A DNA stretch of 64,000 bases. It comes from Candidatus Latescibacterota bacterium. GTDB lineage: Bacteria; Latescibacterota; CBDEFO01. The notes under the pieces were generated by a model. That model saw only the letters and a program-made list of their open reading frames with translations, was not told the DNA's origin and did no database searches. Made by a program: the position numbers and the translations under genes. Where the stretch lies: assembly GCA_965237525.1 (NCBI GenBank), contig CBDEFO010000003.1:384001-448000 (forward strand), given 5' to 3'. Below are positions 60,792-64,000 of the stretch, in pieces; positions within the stretch are counted from its first letter, which is position 1, and every line of letters begins with the position of its first letter.

Positions 60792-60957
60792 TTATGAATC
60801 TGACTCTTCTATGTCTTTAAACTCCGCGTCCTGTATCTTTGAACTGTTCAGGTCTATTCTTTTTCTTTTTCTCCTCTGGGATTCATTCCTCACGATCCTG
60901 ACAAGATTGTAGACAAGTATCAGCAGGACCCCCCAACATTAACAACTTGAAAAGCAT
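60792..60957 (-). pseudogene. Small single-TM protein with +1 frameshift in a G6 run
   Basis: Removing one G gives MLFKLLMLGVLLILVYNLVRIVR...KIQDAEFKDIEESDS*. Confidence 0.55.
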
Positions 60958-60994
60958 CTGTTAGTCCTTTTGGCGACAACGTGTATCTGTTTTG

Positions 60995-61459
60995 TCATTC
61001 CAATCCTTCACGGCTCTTAATCTCTATCTGTTCAGGTCCTCTCATGAAGAGGGCCGGAAAGGAAAATCTAGCGGCCACAGCTCCAAATGCGTCGGCAATA
61101 AAGTCGAAGATAGAAGCGACTCTTCCGCGTACGAACATCTGATGGATCTCATCTGAAGCGGCCCACATCACTGCCACCAATAGAGCCAATGTAAGGGCTC
61201 TTTGTCTGAACTCAGCATGTTTTGACTTGTAGAATGCTGTAGAAACCAAGATACCCAGAATGCAGAACTCCAAAAAATGGGCCGCTTTGTCGATGTTCCA
61301 TATTCTGATAGAAGGGGTGTACTCCTGGGGTATGGATGAAGCGATAAATATTGCGGTCGCCCATAGAATAGCGGGGAGCTGGTATTTGACAAAGCTGTAC
61401 TTTGGAGCCGAGATGCTATCTTGATCAGCAGGTGAATCTGGTCTCTTTATCTCCGTCAA
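60995..61459 (-). CDS. VanZ family protein
   Basis: DKAAHFLEF, SDEIHQMFVRGR, DFIADAFG. Confidence 0.9.
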   Translation of the reverse strand: MTEIKRPDSPADQDSISAPKYSFVKYQLPAILWATAIFIASSIPQEYTPSIRIWNIDKAAHFLEFCILGILVSTAFYKSKHAEFRQRALTLALLVAVMWAASDEIHQMFVRGRVASIFDFIADAFGAVAARFSFPALFMRGPEQIEIKSREGLE

Positions 61460-62468
61460 CTATGTCTCCTATTATATAGGCTTTTTCCTTGTTATCTTCC
61501 AAGACCTTAAGGACATCCTTAACATAACTTTTGGAGACCAACAGGCCTAATCCTATTCCCATATTGAAGGTGCGAAACATTTCATCCCAAGCTACATTTC
61601 CTACCCTTTGAAGGAGGGAGAAGATGGGCGGAACATCCCACGATTTTGTGTCTACGAGCGCTGCCACCCCATCGGGAAGGATCCTTGGGATGTTGTCTTT
61701 TAGTCCTCCTCCCGTGACGTGGGCGATGCCTTTGATCCTGTCCTCTTCTAAGAGTCCCCATAAGGGTTTGAAATAACATCTGTGAGGCTTGAGGAGTTCC
61801 TCTTTAAGCGTCGTTCCTAACTCTTCTACAAAGTCGTCAATCTCAAACCCTGCCACTTCGAACAACAGCTTCCTTGCCAGGGAATATCCGTTGGTGTGCA
61901 GGCCGTCGGAGGCTATCCCGATTATCTTATCGCCCTTCTTAATAGCCGAGCCGTCTATTATCTTCTCTTTCTCGACGATCCCCACTATAGTCCCCACTAA
62001 ATCGTACTCATTCTGCTCGTAGAAATCGGGCAACTCGGCGGTCTCGCCTCCTAAGAGGGCACAGCCTACCTGTCTGCATCCTTCCGCTATTCCTTCGACC
62101 ACGCTTTTGGCTACATCGGGGTCGAGTTTCCCCATAGACAGGCAGTCCATAAAAAAGAGGGGTCTTGCCCCCTGGGCGAGTATGTCGTTGACGCAGTGCG
62201 CTACAAGGTCTCTTCCGACGGTGTTGTTGATTCCGGTCAAGAAGGCTATCTTGAGCTTGGTTCCGACGCTGTCTATGCTCGCAACCAACACCGGCTCTTT
62301 GTAGCTCTTTACGTCTAATGCCACAAGTCCGCCGAAATTCCCGACGTCGGATAGGACAGAGGGACCAAACGTGGAGCGTACGGCCGATTTCATTCTCCCT
62401 ATTGCATCATCTTGGGCGGAAATATCCACTCCGGCGTCCCTATAGCGAAACTTTCGCTTTTCCCCCAT
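61425..62468 (-). CDS. purM: Phosphoribosylformylglycinamidine cyclo-ligase
   Basis: YRDAGVD, DSVGTK, GGETAE, GLHTNGYSL, HVTGGG, TFNMGIG. Confidence 0.97.
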   Translation of the reverse strand: MGEKRKFRYRDAGVDISAQDDAIGRMKSAVRSTFGPSVLSDVGNFGGLVALDVKSYKEPVLVASIDSVGTKLKIAFLTGINNTVGRDLVAHCVNDILAQGARPLFFMDCLSMGKLDPDVAKSVVEGIAEGCRQVGCALLGGETAELPDFYEQNEYDLVGTIVGIVEKEKIIDGSAIKKGDKIIGIASDGLHTNGYSLARKLLFEVAGFEIDDFVEELGTTLKEELLKPHRCYFKPLWGLLEEDRIKGIAHVTGGGLKDNIPRILPDGVAALVDTKSWDVPPIFSLLQRVGNVAWDEMFRTFNMGIGLGLLVSKSYVKDVLKVLEDNKEKAYIIGDIVDGDKETRFTC

Positions 62469-62473
62469 ATCTC

Positions 62474-63064
62474 CTATTTCCCTCCTCTGAAGCCTCCGCC
62501 GCTGAAGCCTCTTGTCCTACCTCTTCCAAGGCTCCCCTGTCTTACGGTCCTGCCGTAATATCCGGAGCGTTGATACCTGTAGTCGTACCTTGGATAGCCC
62601 CCGTAGTAGCCGTACTGGCCTCTGAACATGCTGCTGAGCCACCACATGGTCAGTATGTCCCCCGCGCCGATGTAGCTGTGGCGGCGGTAACGGTCGGTAG
62701 CGACTAGTCTCTGGGAAGACCTCTCAGCTTCGAGCTTGAAGACAAGCATGTCCGAACCTGGACTATATCCTGACATTCTGTCCCTGTCGACAAAGCCCAC
62801 GATGCTACCGTCTTTTTGCTCTCTGACCTCCACACGCCCCTGGCCCTTGTAAAGACCTTTAGCGTTGATGTCGCCCTCAAAGCTTCTGAGATCCCTGCTG
62901 TCCCGTTTGACGAAGTCCTTGTAGAGTTTCAAGACCTCTTCAAGATCTACATCTGCCGCTGCGGCTCCGGACGCCCCGGGTCCTCCATCCAGTGCGCAGG
63001 ACAGTGTGGCCAATGCAGTCAAAAGGACCGCTGTCAAAAAGATCTGTGATTTCAAAGTTTTCAC
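62474..63064 (-). CDS. Hypothetical lipoprotein with Gly/Arg/Tyr-rich tail
   Basis: Lipobox-like TLSC; ends RGRTRGFSGGGFRGGK. Confidence 0.7.
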   Translation of the reverse strand: MKTLKSQIFLTAVLLTALATLSCALDGGPGASGAAAADVDLEEVLKLYKDFVKRDSRDLRSFEGDINAKGLYKGQGRVEVREQKDGSIVGFVDRDRMSGYSPGSDMLVFKLEAERSSQRLVATDRYRRHSYIGAGDILTMWWLSSMFRGQYGYYGGYPRYDYRYQRSGYYGRTVRQGSLGRGRTRGFSGGGFRGGK

Positions 63065-63067
63065 TCC

Positions 63068-64000
63068 CTATAGTTTAGAGGTCGCCTTCTCCATCCTTTG
63101 GAGGGCTTCCTTTATGTTCTCAACGGAGTTGGCGTAGGAGAATCTGAGATATCCGTCTCCATATTCCCCAAAAGACGTGCCTGAAAGACACGCCACGCCT
63201 GCATCATCTAACAGATAGTCCTGGAGCTTTTCGCAGTTCATGGGAACTTCCTTAACGTTGGGAAAGACGTAGAAGGCCCCGTGTGGACTCAGACAGCTTA
63301 TCCCTTCGATGCTGTTTAGCCCTTCTACTATGGCGTCCCTCCTTATCTTAAACTCGGTGACCATCTTCTCCGATTCATCCTGTGGCCCAGTTAGCGCCTC
63401 TATTCCCGCTATCTGGGTGAAACTGGCAGTGCAGGAGTTGCTGTTGACCATAAGCTTTGCGACCTGTTCTGCGAGAGTTTCGGGCATAGCTCCGTAGCCC
63501 ATTCGCCATCCGGTCATAGCGTAGGTCTTGGAGAATCCCTCCAGAAGGATCGTCTTATCCTGCATGCCGGGAATAGACAGAATGCTTTCGTGTTCGCCTG
63601 CGTAGAGGATTCTGCTGTAGACTTCATCCGTCAGGACTATGATGTCCCTTTCAAGTGAGATCTGTGCTACGGCTTCGATATGCTCCTTTGAGAGGACTCC
63701 GCCCGTAGGATTCTGAGGCGAGTTCAAGATTATCATCCTCGTCCTATCGCTGACTCTGTCCCTTAAGTCATCTACGGAGAAGCTAAACTCTTTCTCCTCC
63801 AGGAGCGGAAGCGGAACGGGCTTTGCACCGATGAAGTTTATGACCGATTCGTAGATGGGGAAGCCCGGATTCGGATAGATCACCTCCTCGCCCGGGTCGA
63901 CGCAGGCCATGATGCAGAAGAACATTATGGGCTTGGCGCCGGGCGTCACTACGATCTGATCCGGATTGCAGTCCACACCCCTGGTCTTTTGAACCTCTTC
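63068..64000 (-). CDS. PLP-dependent aminotransferase class I/II (5' end outside window)
   Basis: NSPQNPTG, DEVY, GFSKTYAMTGWRMG, YLRFSYA. Confidence 0.93.
   Translation of the reverse strand, partial: EEVQKTRGVDCNPDQIVVTPGAKPIMFFCIMACVDPGEEVIYPNPGFPIYESVINFIGAKPVPLPLLEEKEFSFSVDDLRDRVSDRTRMIILNSPQNPTGGVLSKEHIEAVAQISLERDIIVLTDEVYSRILYAGEHESILSIPGMQDKTILLEGFSKTYAMTGWRMGYGAMPETLAEQVAKLMVNSNSCTASFTQIAGIEALTGPQDESEKMVTEFKIRRDAIVEGLNSIEGISCLSPHGAFYVFPNVKEVPMNCEKLQDYLLDDAGVACLSGTSFGEYGDGYLRFSYANSVENIKEALQRMEKATSKL

Overview
A bacterial chromosome segment. FlgD-type C-terminal domains, cohesin and EF-hand/dockerin-like proteins and an HPr kinase suggest an FCB-group lineage such as Latescibacterota (inference only). 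Core genes include recD2, queG, tRNA-Thr(TGT), cysS, ispDF, a 2-oxoacid:acceptor oxidoreductase operon, bioF, a GH57 branching enzyme, hprK, raiA/hpf, holA and purM. Two decaying accessory regions interrupt them. One, at ~5.7-13.7 kb, holds secreted cohesin/dockerin/PKD proteins and a dead integrase beside tRNA-Thr. The other, at ~39.5-53 kb, holds a TetR-linked peptidase/hydrolase/methyltransferase cluster, dead IS1595 and ISL3 elements and a recombinase remnant. There are four near-identical 1519-bp IS1182-family copies and an IS481-like element flanked by a 19-bp direct repeat. The most unusual signal is a layer of very small repeats. A 21-bp imperfect palindrome (CCCCRATWGANTCWATYGGGG) occurs 12 times: in-frame in an intact ABC transporter, six times in dead genes, and five times nested in other repeats. 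Modular intergenic cassettes bounded by AGTAGACAG...CTGTCTACT often supply gene stop codons. No CRISPR array or rRNA was seen.
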